NCBI GenBank assembly: GCA_041665005.1 | Contig: JBAYJR010000001.1 | Span: 4,727-68,726 of the forward strand | Reading direction: 5' to 3' | DNA length: 64,000 bases | DNA from: Candidatus Buchananbacteria bacterium | Lineage (GTDB): Bacteria > Patescibacteriota > Patescibacteriia > 2-01-FULL-39-33 > JBAYJR01 | Shown: piece after piece, positions 38,476-50,878 of the stretch | How the letters are laid out: every line of letters begins with the position of its first letter | Numbering within the stretch: position 1 is the first letter of the stretch | Notes under the pieces: model-generated | What the model was told of the DNA's origin: nothing | Seen by the model: only the letters and a program-made list of their open reading frames with translations | Databases searched by the model: none | Translations under genes and position numbers: made by a program

Positions 38476-38694
38476 ATGAAAGCAGCCCATATAATTGCTT
38501 TTATTCTAGTTATTATTGGAGCCCTAAATTGGTTGTTAGTCGGTTTGTTTAGTTGGGATTTGGTAGTTGCGATTTTTGGTTCCTGGCCGGTTATTGTTAA
38601 GATAATTTACGTTATCGTTGGTTTGGCGGCGATCTATGAAATTGCTATTCACAAGCAAAATTGCAAAGCTTGTGCTAGTAAAGTTCAAATGTAG
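38476..38694 (+). CDS. DUF378 small membrane protein
   Basis: AFILVIIGALNWLLVGLF pattern. Confidence 0.65.
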   Translation: MKAAHIIAFILVIIGALNWLLVGLFSWDLVVAIFGSWPVIVKIIYVIVGLAAIYEIAIHKQNCKACASKVQM

Positions 38695-38825
38695 GATTTT
38701 TTAGTCAATACTTAGAATTTTATAAATAATCTAGCCCTCTTAATTGGGGGCTAGATTTTATATTGACAATTATGATGATTTGCTATACAATGTTAGCTCT
38801 AGCAAATATTAGGAGGAGAAAAACG

Positions 38826-39047
38826 ATGAATAGAGCTTTAAACGATGATATCACGACTTTCCGGGCGATGCCACAAGAACCTTGCCATGATTGTAAAAAA
38901 CTTGGCTGTACGGTTTTTCATCGGGGGTCTATGAATCCCGATAACAAAGTGCATAAATTTTGTGGGGCGTGCTGGGAGTATCGTCAACAGCACTTCAGAA
39001 AATATGGAAGAGCTTTGGACTTAGGATTGGGTCTAACTAAAGTGTAA
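38826..39047 (+). CDS. Small Cys/His-rich protein (73 aa)
   Basis: RBS AGGAGG before ATG at 38826; CHDCKKLGC ... CGACWEY; promoter TTGACA-17-TACAAT at 38763; terminator at 39048-39083. Confidence 0.5.
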   Translation: MNRALNDDITTFRAMPQEPCHDCKKLGCTVFHRGSMNPDNKVHKFCGACWEYRQQHFRKYGRALDLGLGLTKV

Positions 39048-39262
39048 GGCGGTTTACCGGCTAAATAATTAGCCGGTTTTTTATTGAAAATTATTAAAAT
39101 TAGATTATTGACAAAAGGCGGTAGTCGTGATAATAATACGATAATGAAAGGAGAGGCTTAATCTAGCACTGTTAATTCCTAGGCGTTATGTCTGGGTGGT
39201 CTCAAAATTTTGAGATAACGATGGCTGTGTAGCTGTCAATTTAAAAATCAGGAGGTGCCGTT

Positions 39263-39634
39263 ATGGCATGGTCTACGATAAGACAAGGGCAGCGGCGTAA
39301 ATTTATAGCTAATTTCGCCATTGTCAAAGGTCCAGGAAAATATGATCTTGAACGTGGAATTATGGATGGTAAGGTTTTGCGTTTTACTGTTCACAAAAGA
39401 AGTCTTTCGATTATGGTTAGCGATCAAGAATTTATGGTTTATTTGGAGAATTTAGGGCCGCTAGATAGATCAAAAGATTCCTGGGAGATGTCCGGTATGG
39501 TTGTTGCTATCGATCGTGAAGAAAAATTTGGACAGGTGTTTGAAGGAAATTATTGCGTGTCTAAACATGAAGGAGTGATTCGTATTTTTTGCTCCGAGCC
39601 TTCAAAGCCTTTGAAGTCAAAAAATAAGTTGTAA
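39263..39634 (+). CDS. Hypothetical protein
   Basis: RBS CAGGAGG; promoter TTGACA at 39108; bidirectional terminator at 39633-39671. Confidence 0.5.
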   Translation: MAWSTIRQGQRRKFIANFAIVKGPGKYDLERGIMDGKVLRFTVHKRSLSIMVSDQEFMVYLENLGPLDRSKDSWEMSGMVVAIDREEKFGQVFEGNYCVSKHEGVIRIFCSEPSKPLKSKNKL

Positions 39635-39671
39635 AAACAAAATCCTCACAGAAACTGTGAGGATTTTTTTA
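39633..39671. terminator. Bidirectional intrinsic terminator between the 39263 gene and gyrB
   Basis: aaaaacaaaatcctcaca-gaaac-tgtgaggattttttt. Confidence 0.75.
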
Positions 39672-39688
39672 TTGAACAAAATAGCTGA

Positions 39689-41752
<2,064 letters not shown>

Positions 41753-41949
41753 TTAAATAGAATAATTATTGTTAAACTAAAAAATTGTTCTTAAAAATTA
41801 AGCCACAATTTAGGCAATTTTTTGCGGTTTTGAAACCGATATTTTCTAAGCTTATTTTAGCATATTTTTTGGCGGGTGTTAAGGGGATAATTCTGGCTTG
41901 CTTGGAGGTTTTTATGGTATAATGATTTTGTTAGTAATTTAACAAATTT

Positions 41950-42810
41950 ATGGATGGCAATAGTCAAGTGCCCACTTGGCGGATTAATTTAAGCTTTTGG
42001 TATTTGAATCATCGCGCCGGATTAAAAAAAATCTTGGTTTATTTTTTGATTGGTCTGGATAGTTGTATTTTGGTAGCTTTGGCAATTTTGTTGGTTGTTT
42101 TGGCAATTTCGGAAAGGAATTACTTGGAACAGATGTCTTTGTTAAGATATAATCTGGTTAATTATCAAGCTTATCACGTGGCTCATCAACCCAAGGTTTT
42201 GCAATGGGGCGCTGTGCAAGTTTTGGGAGGCAAAAACAGCAAATATGATTTAGTAGCCGAAGTTTATAATCCCAATGAGGAGTGGGAGGCTTATGTAACC
42301 TATCAATTTTTATCCGGTGGCAATTTGTTAACTAAAAAAACTGCTTTTGTTTTACCGCAAGAGCGTAAAAGTATTTTTAGTTTGGGTGAAAAAATTACCA
42401 ACGCCCCCGAAGTTTCTTTTCAAATGATTAAGGTGGAGTGGCACAGGCGCGCTCAGGCCAAAGTTTGGCAAGACGAAAGACTACGTTTTACAATTACTGA
42501 TTTGACGGTTAATCGAGAAAACTATGGTTCTGATTTGGTTTTAACGGGAGTAAAATTTAAAGTTACCAATAATTCCATTTTCAATTTTTGGCAAGTGGGG
42601 TTTATTGTTAAATATGGCACCGGTGGTAGTTTGTCGGCGATTAATTATGTGGCCACTCAAGAATTAGCCAGCGGGCAGACTAAAGAAATCCAAACCAGTT
42701 GGTTAGGCAGTTTGCCGGCCGGGTTGGCGGCAGAGGTTACAGCCGAGGTTGATATTTTTGATGAGTCGGTTTACTATCAAACCCTAGAACCAGCTGGAGA
42801 ATTGAAATAA
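41950..42810 (+). CDS. Hypothetical membrane-anchored protein
   Basis: TM helix near the N-terminus; terminator at 42823-42850. Confidence 0.45.
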   Translation: MDGNSQVPTWRINLSFWYLNHRAGLKKILVYFLIGLDSCILVALAILLVVLAISERNYLEQMSLLRYNLVNYQAYHVAHQPKVLQWGAVQVLGGKNSKYDLVAEVYNPNEEWEAYVTYQFLSGGNLLTKKTAFVLPQERKSIFSLGEKITNAPEVSFQMIKVEWHRRAQAKVWQDERLRFTITDLTVNRENYGSDLVLTGVKFKVTNNSIFNFWQVGFIVKYGTGGSLSAINYVATQELASGQTKEIQTSWLGSLPAGLAAEVTAEVDIFDESVYYQTLEPAGELK

Positions 42811-42913
42811 TAATAGCTTGAGAGCTAAACTGGCTGGCCGCCGGTTTTTTTATTGGTTAGAGTTATTGACAAATTAGGGATAATTTGTTAAAAATAAGAA
42901 AATTATAAAGGAG

Positions 42914-43408
42914 GTGACTTGCATGAAATCTTCAAATTATTGTTTCCAGCTGGGTTGTCCAAATTCCTCAACTGGCTCCAATGGGATTGAAATGAGCTCT
43001 AGGTATTTTGGTAAACCAAATTTAGAGGCCCGTCAGTCTAGTTTGACGGAGTTAATTCCGACTAGAGGGGAATTGGGTGAATCGGCCGCCAAGATTACTT
43101 ATCATTTTAAAAATCAAGAAGATCGGGAGAGGTTCATGAAGGAGTTCCAAGACAAACATAATCGTTTGTTGGCTTTTTATCAAGCATTTATTTTGGGTAC
43201 CCCAGTTGAACAGCTGGGACACGCTATAAATTGTTTGGTAGCAGTTGAAATTTCTTTTCCCTTTTGCTCCGATCTTTGTGCTCAGGAATTTTTTAAGGAG
43301 CTGGATTTGAAACAACAATTCAGTAGGGTTTATACTTTACACCAAAACTGGATTGATCGCATTGGTAAAAAGAATAATCCCGATAGGAGGGGGGATTTTG
43401 TGGGGTAG
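42914..43408 (+). CDS. Hypothetical protein
   Basis: RBS AAGGAGG; promoter TTGACA at 42867; terminator at 43425-43457. Confidence 0.5.
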   Translation: MTCMKSSNYCFQLGCPNSSTGSNGIEMSSRYFGKPNLEARQSSLTELIPTRGELGESAAKITYHFKNQEDRERFMKEFQDKHNRLLAFYQAFILGTPVEQLGHAINCLVAVEISFPFCSDLCAQEFFKELDLKQQFSRVYTLHQNWIDRIGKKNNPDRRGDFVG

Positions 43409-43520
43409 AATATTTTAACTATTAGCCGCTGGTAAATTAAAAACCAGCGGTTTTTTTATGTACCATTGACAAAAGTCAGGATTGTTGCTATTATTGGTTG
43501 ATAAAAAGGAGGATTTTTCT

Positions 43521-43763
43521 ATGAAATGTCCATGCTGTAACAAAGGGGAATTGGTCAAGGGCAGCACAACCAGTGCTTGTTCGGCTGATTTCGTTAATTG
43601 TTCGGTTTGTGGGTTTAGTGTCCACAAATCATTTTTGGCTGATCCAATTTCGGCAGCCAAAAGAGTCCAGGAGTATAAAGATTCCTTGACCAAAAAAATC
43701 GCTGCGGGCCAGGTGGCCCAGCAGAGGCTGGAAAGTATTGATACTTTTCAGATTGAAGAATAG
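43521..43763 (+). CDS. Small zinc-ribbon protein
   Basis: RBS AAGGAGG before ATG at 43521 (MKCPCCNKGE ... CSVCG); terminator at 43775-43805. Confidence 0.5.
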   Translation: MKCPCCNKGELVKGSTTSACSADFVNCSVCGFSVHKSFLADPISAAKRVQEYKDSLTKKIAAGQVAQQRLESIDTFQIEE

Positions 43764-43846
43764 AATCAAAAAATAGCCCAAGTTGAAAGATACTTGGGTT
43801 TTTTATTTGGTTATATTCTCTAAAATAATCCTTTATTTTGGGGGTC

Positions 43847-43876
43847 TTGACAGGTTTTGGCTAGATGGTTTATAAT
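43847..43876 (+). promoter_or_regulatory. hrcA promoter, TTGACA-18-TATAAT
   Basis: Consensus hexamers read directly in the sequence. Confidence 0.6.
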
Positions 43877-43880
43877 GACA

Positions 43881-43907
43881 TTAGCACTCTAAAGCTTTGA
43901 GTGCTAA
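43881..43907 (+). promoter_or_regulatory. CIRCE operator (HrcA binding site), perfect consensus
   Basis: TTAGCACTC-taaagcttt-GAGTGCTAA. Confidence 0.9.
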
Positions 43908-43934
43908 TTAGTAAAACCCTTGAATTTAAAGGAT

Positions 43935-44642
43935 ATGGAAGCAAGATTGCAAAATTTATTACGTTATATTATTAAAGAATACATTGCCACGGCCGAGCCA
44001 GTTGGTTCGCAAGTTATGGTTAAAAAGTATTTTAAAGAATTAAGTCCGGCGACGATTCGTAATGATATGGCGGAGCTAGAAAGCCAGGCATTGATTTTTC
44101 AGCCTCATATTTCGGCTGGCCGGTTGCCGACCGAAGATGGCTGGCAGTATTATTTAAAAAATTTGGTCGCTAATAAAGAAGTGACGGCGGAGGTAAAGAA
44201 AGATTTAAAGCAGTTGCTGGCCAGGGTTAAATCCGAAAAAGAAGTTGGTTTAAAAGATTTAGCCAAGCATTTAGCGGAAGTTAGTCAAAATGCTATTTTA
44301 GTTGGTTTCGGTCCGCACGACGTTTATTATACTGGTTTGGCCAATTTATTTTCTCAGCCAGAATTTAGCCGTCAAGAGGTGGTTTATAATGTTTCTATGG
44401 TGATTGACCATTTTGATGATACGATGAGTAAGGTGTTTGGTCGAGTTGCTAGTCAAGTACAGATTTTAGCTGGACAAGAAAATCCTTTTAGTGAAGCCTG
44501 CGGGATGATTTTGGGTCGCTATCAATTAGTTGGCCAGTCAGCCGGTGTATTGGGAGTTTTAGGCCCAGTTAGAATGGATTATGATCGTAATTTAGCTTTA
44601 ATCAAATTTGTTTTGCAAAATTTAAATCCTGAGATTAATTAA
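43935..44642 (+). CDS. hrcA: Heat-inducible transcription repressor HrcA, short form (about 236-240 aa)
   Basis: N-terminal wHTH LLRYIIKEYIATAEPVGSQ; CIRCE immediately upstream; an alternative TTG start at 43920. Confidence 0.75.
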   Translation: MEARLQNLLRYIIKEYIATAEPVGSQVMVKKYFKELSPATIRNDMAELESQALIFQPHISAGRLPTEDGWQYYLKNLVANKEVTAEVKKDLKQLLARVKSEKEVGLKDLAKHLAEVSQNAILVGFGPHDVYYTGLANLFSQPEFSRQEVVYNVSMVIDHFDDTMSKVFGRVASQVQILAGQENPFSEACGMILGRYQLVGQSAGVLGVLGPVRMDYDRNLALIKFVLQNLNPEIN

Positions 44643-44645
44643 TTT

Positions 44646-45182
44646 ATGAATTTAAACGATTCCACCACTGATCAATTGGATGATTCAGAACAAATTTCTG
44701 ATCAGGCTGATTTAGTTAGCCAGTTGGCGCAATTAAAACAAGACTTGGCTTTAGCGCAAAAGCAAGCTGACGAACATTTGGCTGGTTGGCAACGGGCGCG
44801 AGCGGATTATGCTAATTTAAAAAAAGAAACAGAAAAAAGACAAGGAGAAATGATTCAGTTTGCTAATGCTTCTTTACTGGCGCAATTATTGCCGGTTTAC
44901 GATAATTTGAAAGTAGCCTGGCAACATTTGCCCGAAGAAAGAAAGGGTGATGAATGGGTGAAAGGGCTAGAGCAAATTAAAAACCAGTTTAAAGATTTTT
45001 TTGCTAAATTAGGCATTACCGAAATTAAGACTTTGGGTGAGCCGTTTAATCCCGAATTTCATGAGGCGGTAGCGATGGAAGAAAAGCCGGGAGTTAGTCA
45101 ACAGATTATTGAAGAGTTAAAACCGGGATATTTATTACATAATCAGGTGTTGGTTCCGGCTAAAGTAAAAATTATAAAGTAA
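44646..45182 (+). CDS. grpE: Nucleotide exchange factor GrpE
   Basis: Coiled-coil N-terminus and GrpE C-terminal domain. Confidence 0.9.
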   Translation: MNLNDSTTDQLDDSEQISDQADLVSQLAQLKQDLALAQKQADEHLAGWQRARADYANLKKETEKRQGEMIQFANASLLAQLLPVYDNLKVAWQHLPEERKGDEWVKGLEQIKNQFKDFFAKLGITEIKTLGEPFNPEFHEAVAMEEKPGVSQQIIEELKPGYLLHNQVLVPAKVKIIK

Positions 45183-45228
45183 GCGCTTTTGCAAATTTGC
45201 AAAAGTTTAATAAATAATTAACAAAAAT

Positions 45229-45654
45229 ATGGCAATTGTTAGATGGACTCCGTCAATTGAGCCCTGGGACGAAATTGACAAAGCCTGGGACAATATGTTG
45301 ACTTGGCCTCGTTTGGAGGCTTTTGTGCCCGCTGTTAATGTTTATCAAACTAAAGATTGTGTGATGGTAGAAACCGCCTTAGCCGGTATTAATCCGGATA
45401 AAGTGGATATTGCGATTGAGAATGGTATTTTGACTATTAAAGGGCAGCAAGAAAAAAAGAGTGAAGTGGAAGAAAAAAATTATTATCGCAAAGAAATTAG
45501 AACCGGTAGTTTTCACCGAACGATTGCTTTGCCTACTTCCGTAATTGGTGAAAAGGCAGAAGCGGTATTTGATAAAGGTTTATTGACCATTAAAATTCCT
45601 AAGGCAGTTGAAGCAAAGCTTAAAAGTATCAAGATTAAGGTTAATAAAAAATAA
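45229..45654 (+). CDS. Hsp20 / alpha-crystallin small heat-shock protein
   Basis: ACD domain pattern. Confidence 0.85.
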   Translation: MAIVRWTPSIEPWDEIDKAWDNMLTWPRLEAFVPAVNVYQTKDCVMVETALAGINPDKVDIAIENGILTIKGQQEKKSEVEEKNYYRKEIRTGSFHRTIALPTSVIGEKAEAVFDKGLLTIKIPKAVEAKLKSIKIKVNKK

Positions 45655-45683
45655 AAAGCCGCCCCGGCTAGAATAACCGGGGC
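45653..45683 (-). terminator. Intrinsic terminator on the minus strand
   Basis: gccccgg-ttattctag-ccggggc followed by ggcTTTTT when read on the minus strand. Confidence 0.6.
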
Positions 45684-45725
45684 AGTTGAAATGGGTAGAA
45701 AAAATTTTTTGTCTATCCGTTACAG

Positions 45726-46076
45726 CTAAACTAGTTTTTTGGGATTAAGTAAGTCAAGACACAGCATGTCCTTTTCAAAACGTACAAGATATTTTTTTAG
45801 CTGCTGAATAGTGTTGTTAATTTTAGTTTGAGTCTTTGGATCCTTATTTTCGGCGGATTCTTGTAGATAACTAATGATTAAGTCCTTGCTTTCTTTTGCT
45901 GGCTTGCTCATTAAAAAAAGTTTTTCTTCATAAGCGAGGGGGCGCCTGATATCACCTAAAGCAGTGTTGTTTTCTTCAGAGATTTCGCCAAAAGTTTGCA
46001 AAAAATAAGAGCCGAGCTCGTATAGGCCGGTTTCCTTTAAAGCGCTAGCATATTCAATATTTGAGGGTTTTTTCAT
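45726..46076 (-). CDS. Hypothetical protein
   Basis: ORF only. Confidence 0.4.
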   Translation of the reverse strand: MKKPSNIEYASALKETGLYELGSYFLQTFGEISEENNTALGDIRRPLAYEEKLFLMSKPAKESKDLIISYLQESAENKDPKTQTKINNTIQQLKKYLVRFEKDMLCLDLLNPKKLV

Positions 46077-46196
46077 AAGTTTGTTGGTTAATTATTACTA
46101 GTTTAAAGTGTAGCGCTTTTATTTCAGTTAGTCAAAATATTGTTCTTTAAAAAAGCACTGAACAAATTTGTCCAGTGCTGAGTCAAAAACGGTTTT

Positions 46197-46505
46197 TTAC
46201 ACCCGAGCCGGCAAGTTGATCTTTTGGTAAATAAGATCAATTAGCTTCGACCAAGTGACATGGCTCCAAAATATTTCTTGATCTGAGGAATCTAGCTTAA
46301 TTTCAAAAATCAGCTCAATATCATCCTGTAGTTCTATTAGGGCTAATGAGTCTAAACCCAAATCAATTAGGGTAGTCTCTGGTAAAATTTGGCGCTGGTC
46401 AATAGGATTGTTTTTGAAAAGTTCGTCCTGTTTGGGGAGTTTGTCGGTCAGTAATCTAATTAGTTCTTTTTCGATTTCTTGTTTTGTAGAATAGGTCATA
46501 ATCAT
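46197..46505 (-). CDS. Acyl-carrier-protein-like (PP-binding) small protein
   Basis: IDLGLDSLALIEL phosphopantetheine-attachment motif. Confidence 0.6.
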   Translation of the reverse strand: MIMTYSTKQEIEKELIRLLTDKLPKQDELFKNNPIDQRQILPETTLIDLGLDSLALIELQDDIELIFEIKLDSSDQEIFWSHVTWSKLIDLIYQKINLPARV

Positions 46506-46797
46506 ACCTCCTTTTGCTTTGTTTTAAAGCTTAGTCCTAATTTAAAAATTTGTCAAAATTAAATAAGCAACTAATTTAATAATAAATTAAAAAATAATTA
46601 AGAAAATTTATGAGTAAAATTATTGGTACCCCATACCTTTTTCGAAGAGAGTACTATTAAGAGGTGTCTTGGTTCCTCGGAATCGGCTTCGCCTTACTAT
46701 TACTAAAGAGTTGGCCGATTTTGAAAAAAGGTACGGGGCGAGCGAAAATTTATAGAGGCAAAGTTAATAATATTAAATAATAATAAACTAAAAGACT

Positions 46798-48738
46798 ATG
46801 AGTAAAATAATTGGGATTGATTTGGGAACCACCAATTCCGCAGTGGCGGTAATTGAAGGTGGAGTGCCAAAAATTTTAGAAAATGCGGAAGGCGCGCGTA
46901 CTACGCCGTCGGTGGTGGCAATTTCTAAAACTGGCGAACGTTTAGTTGGTCAATTAGCTAAACGTCAAGCGGTGGTTAATCCGGAAAACACTCTTTATTC
47001 CATTAAGCGTTTAATTGGTCGGCGTTGGGAAGACCCCGAAGTGCAACGTGACTTAAAAGTAGCGCCTTATAAAATTGTACAATCCGGAGTGGGAGTTAAA
47101 ATTTTAATGAACGGCAAAGAATATACACCGCAAGAAGTTTCGGCGATGATTTTGCAAAAGATTAAGGCGGATGCGGAAAGTCGTTTGGGTGATAAAGTGA
47201 CCGAAGCCGTAATTACGGTGCCGGCTTATTTTGATGATGCGCAACGTCAGGCCACTAAAGAAGCAGGAGAAATTGCCGGCTTAACTGTCAAACGGATTAT
47301 TAACGAACCAACCGCCGCCGCTTTGGCTTATGGTTTTGATAAGAAAAAAGATCAACAAATTGCCGTTTATGATTTGGGTGGTGGAACTTTTGATATTTCT
47401 ATTTTAAATGTTACGGCCGACACCGTGGAAGTGCAGGCGACTAATGGTGATACTCATTTAGGTGGCGATGATTTTGATCAAAAATTGATTAATTGGATAA
47501 TTGAAACATTCCGTAAAGAAACCGGCATAAATTTGGCCAGTGATCCTTTGGCTTTGCAGCGCGTTAAAGAAGCGGCCGAAAAAGCCAAGATTGAATTGTC
47601 CACAGCGATGGAAACAGAAATTAATCAGCCGTTCATTACCACTGACGCCACGGGGCCAAAACATTTGTTGATTAAATTATCACGAGCCAAGTTAGAAGAA
47701 TTGGTTGGTGAATTAGTGCAAGCTACTTTGGAGCCAGTTAAAAAGGCTTTAAATGATGCTGGTTTAAAAGTTTCAGATATTGATGAAGTAGTAATGGTTG
47801 GCGGTATGACTAGAATGCCTTTGGTGATGCAAACAGTAGAAAAGTTTTTTAGCAAGAAACCAAATATTTCGGTTAATCCGGATGAAGTAGTCGCCTTAGG
47901 GGCCGCGGTACAAGCCGGGGTTTTGCAAGGCGAAGTACGTGATGTTTTATTGTTGGATGTTACGCCGTTAACTCTGGGAATTGAAACTTTGGGTGGCGTG
48001 GCTACGCCGTTGATTGAAAGAAACACCACTATTCCTACTTCCAAGGCTCAAGTATTTTCTACGGCGGCTGATAATCAAACTTCAGTAGAGATCCATATTT
48101 TGCAAGGTGAACGGCCAATGGCTGGTGATAACAAAACTTTAGGTCGCTTTATTTTGGATGGCATTCCGCCAGCGCCTCGGGGTATGCCACAAGTAGAAGT
48201 AGCTTTTGATTTGGATGCCAACGGCATTTTGAATGTCAAAGCCAAAGATAAGGCCACTAACAAAGAACAGCATATCACCATTACGGCTTCTACCGGTTTG
48301 TCAAAAGAGGAAGTGGAAAAAATGAAAAAGGATGCGGAATTACACGCCGAAGAAGATAAGACTAAAAAAGAATTAATTGAGCAGAAAAATTTAGCGGAAA
48401 ATTTAATTTTTACGGCAGAAAAAGCTTTAAAAGACGCAGGCGATAAAGTAACGCCGGAATTACGTAAAGAGGTAATGGATAAAATTGAAGATTTAAAGAA
48501 AGTAAAAGATGGTTCTGATAAAGAATTGATTAAAACCAATTTTCAAGGTTTGTCCGAAACTTTGCAAAAAATTGGTCAAGCAATGTATGCTCAGAGTCAG
48601 CAACCAGGCGCTACCTCGGCCGGCCAAGCCGATCAACAGGCTGGTGGTGAACCCGGTGGTCAAACCGAACAGCCAGCCGGTAATGATCAGGCCAAAACTG
48701 GTACGGTTGAAGGGGAATACGAAGAAGTAAAAAAGTAA
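46798..48738 (+). CDS. dnaK: Chaperone DnaK (Hsp70)
   Basis: [10 protein letters not shown] and DLGGGTFD motifs among others. Confidence 0.98.
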   Translation: MSKIIGIDLGTTNSAVAVIEGGVPKILENAEGARTTPSVVAISKTGERLVGQLAKRQAVVNPENTLYSIKRLIGRRWEDPEVQRDLKVAPYKIVQSGVGVKILMNGKEYTPQEVSAMILQKIKADAESRLGDKVTEAVITVPAYFDDAQRQATKEAGEIAGLTVKRIINEPTAAALAYGFDKKKDQQIAVYDLGGGTFDISILNVTADTVEVQATNGDTHLGGDDFDQKLINWIIETFRKETGINLASDPLALQRVKEAAEKAKIELSTAMETEINQPFITTDATGPKHLLIKLSRAKLEELVGELVQATLEPVKKALNDAGLKVSDIDEVVMVGGMTRMPLVMQTVEKFFSKKPNISVNPDEVVALGAAVQAGVLQGEVRDVLLLDVTPLTLGIETLGGVATPLIERNTTIPTSKAQVFSTAADNQTSVEIHILQGERPMAGDNKTLGRFILDGIPPAPRGMPQVEVAFDLDANGILNVKAKDKATNKEQHITITASTGLSKEEVEKMKKDAELHAEEDKTKKELIEQKNLAENLIFTAEKALKDAGDKVTPELRKEVMDKIEDLKKVKDGSDKELIKTNFQGLSETLQKIGQAMYAQSQQPGATSAGQADQQAGGEPGGQTEQPAGNDQAKTGTVEGEYEEVKK

Positions 48739-48788
48739 TTATTAACTCAGTAGAGGCGGGTTTTGACCCGCCTCTTGGGTTGTAAAAT

Positions 48789-49340
48789 ATGAAAAAAGAT
48801 ATTGTTAAGGCCGCCAAAGAATATATGAAGCGGCAGACGAAAAAAAATCGGGCGCCAGCCTGGGCTTTGACAAAAATAGCCGTTAGCAAGGCCAAAGAGT
48901 TATTTAAGTGCTATGCGGTTGATAAAAAGGTGGTTTTGACGGCTTTGTATTTAGCTCATTTACAGTTTGGTGAACAATTAAGGCAACAAAAAAATCATGA
49001 TTTTAAAAGTGCCAAATTAGCGGCTAACTTTTTAGAAAAGTTTTTGGTTGATAAAAGTTTTAAAGCTAAAGTATTAAATGCCATTAAGGCCCATCATAAT
49101 AAAATTAAAACTAGATCTTTGGAGGCTGAAGTTGTAAAGAATGCTGAAGCTTTTAAGTTTTTAACTTTGGCCGGGGTTAAGATTATGTATCAGGAGGCAC
49201 TAAGGCGCGGGTATGGTACAAAAGAAGCAAAAGATTACGCTTTGTTAAAGATGAGACAAAAATACCAATTAGTTACCTTGCCTTGTTGTAAAAAAGAAGC
49301 CTTTAAAAATCGTCAATTAATAATTAAATTTTTTAAATAA
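48789..49340 (+). CDS. Hypothetical protein
   Basis: ORF between dnaK and dnaJ; no confident domain. Confidence 0.45.
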   Translation: MKKDIVKAAKEYMKRQTKKNRAPAWALTKIAVSKAKELFKCYAVDKKVVLTALYLAHLQFGEQLRQQKNHDFKSAKLAANFLEKFLVDKSFKAKVLNAIKAHHNKIKTRSLEAEVVKNAEAFKFLTLAGVKIMYQEALRRGYGTKEAKDYALLKMRQKYQLVTLPCCKKEAFKNRQLIIKFFK

Positions 49341-49346
49341 ATTTTT

Positions 49347-49640
49347 ATGACACAACCAAATCAACCAAACCAAGAAATAAAAATTCAAGACGCTTTAGCG
49401 GGTGCGGAATATGCTAATGCGATGCAGATTAGCCACAATAAAGAGGAATTTTATCTGAATTTTTTTAACATTGCTCCACCAACTGGCCGAGTTTGTGCTA
49501 AAATAATTACTAACCCCGGTCATCTTAAACGGATGATCGCCGCTTTGCAAGATAATTTAAAAAAATACGAAGCACAATTTGGGGTGGTAACCGAAGCGGA
49601 ATCTTCTTTAGACAAGGAAATTGGGTTTAAAACGAGTTAA
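49347..49640 (+). CDS. DUF3467 family protein
   Basis: ANAMQISHNKEEFYLNFF pattern. Confidence 0.55.
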   Translation: MTQPNQPNQEIKIQDALAGAEYANAMQISHNKEEFYLNFFNIAPPTGRVCAKIITNPGHLKRMIAALQDNLKKYEAQFGVVTEAESSLDKEIGFKTS

Positions 49641-49714
49641 TTCAAAATTGAAAATTCAAAAGGCAAAATTTAGGTTGTCATTTTAATTTTTGATTTTTAC
49701 CTTTTACTTTTACT

Positions 49715-50848
49715 ATGTCCCGTGATTATTACGAAGTTTTGGGTGTTACCAAAAACGCCACTCAAGACGAAGTCAAAAAAGCTTTTCACAAGCTAGCCCA
49801 TCAACACCACCCGGATAAAAAAGGTGGTAATGAGGCCAAGTTTAAAGAAATCAACGAAGCTTACCAAGTTTTGAGTAATGTTTCAAAACGCCAACAATAT
49901 GATCAGTTCGGCGCTAATTTTGGTAGTGGTAACCAAGGTGGTTCCGGTGGTGGCGGTTTTTCCTGGCAAGATTTTTCGCGCGCCCAGCAACAGTCAGGTG
50001 GTTTTGGCGGTGGCAATCCTTTTGGTGATGGGGCGCAATTTGATTTTGGAGACTTGGGTGACGTTTTTTCCGATTTTTTTGGTTTTAGCAATCAGGGTGG
50101 CGGTCGCGGTAAAAAACAAACACCCAAAGGTCGGGACATGCAAGTGCAAATTAGTTTGCCGTTTATTGAAGCGGTTTTTGGCGTGGAAAAAACTTTTGAT
50201 TTACCAAAAAATGTTAATTGTGAGCATTGCGCGGGTAGTGGCGCGGAGCCGGGTAGCAAAGTAAAAACTTGCCCGACTTGTGGCGGCCAAGGCCGAGTGG
50301 GTAGGATTCAACGGACAATTTTAGGCAATTTTCAGGCTTATGCGGTTTGTGATGCTTGTCAGGGCGAAGGTGTACAAATTGAAAAAAAATGTGTCCAGTG
50401 CCATGGAGTGGGAGTGGTTAGAGAAACTAAAAAAATTAAGGTTAAAATTCCGGCGGGAATTTCTACAGGACAATCCATTCATTTGCCACACGAAGGGGAA
50501 GCGGTGGGTAAAAAAGGCCAGCCGGGGGATTTGTATATTTTAGTACAAGTGGAAGCGGATCCGAGATTTAACCGTCAGGGAGATGATATTTATTCAAAAA
50601 TTAATTTAAATATTATTCAGGCGACTTTGGGCGATAAAATAGAAATAGAGACCGTTGATGGTCCGATTAAATTAACTATTCCCGAAGGCACGCAAGCTGG
50701 CACTATTTTTCGTTTGGCGGGTAAGGGGGTGCCAAAATTAAAAAGGTTTGGCCGCGGGGATCATTTAGTGGAAACGGTAGTTAAAGTGCCCAAGCATTTA
50801 AATCGTCGGCAACGCGAGCTACTTGAAGAATTTAAAAAAGTGGAGTAA
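49715..50848 (+). CDS. dnaJ: Chaperone DnaJ
   Basis: J domain with HPD, G/F region, four CxxCxGxG repeats. Confidence 0.95.
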   Translation: MSRDYYEVLGVTKNATQDEVKKAFHKLAHQHHPDKKGGNEAKFKEINEAYQVLSNVSKRQQYDQFGANFGSGNQGGSGGGGFSWQDFSRAQQQSGGFGGGNPFGDGAQFDFGDLGDVFSDFFGFSNQGGGRGKKQTPKGRDMQVQISLPFIEAVFGVEKTFDLPKNVNCEHCAGSGAEPGSKVKTCPTCGGQGRVGRIQRTILGNFQAYAVCDACQGEGVQIEKKCVQCHGVGVVRETKKIKVKIPAGISTGQSIHLPHEGEAVGKKGQPGDLYILVQVEADPRFNRQGDDIYSKINLNIIQATLGDKIEIETVDGPIKLTIPEGTQAGTIFRLAGKGVPKLKRFGRGDHLVETVVKVPKHLNRRQRELLEEFKKVE

Positions 50849-50878
50849 ATTTTTTATTTTTTTATATTATTAAACTTT

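Noticed and set aside
43415-43693. 92 aa minus-strand ORF
   Set aside because: It overlaps a plus-strand terminator and the SD-supported zinc-ribbon gene.
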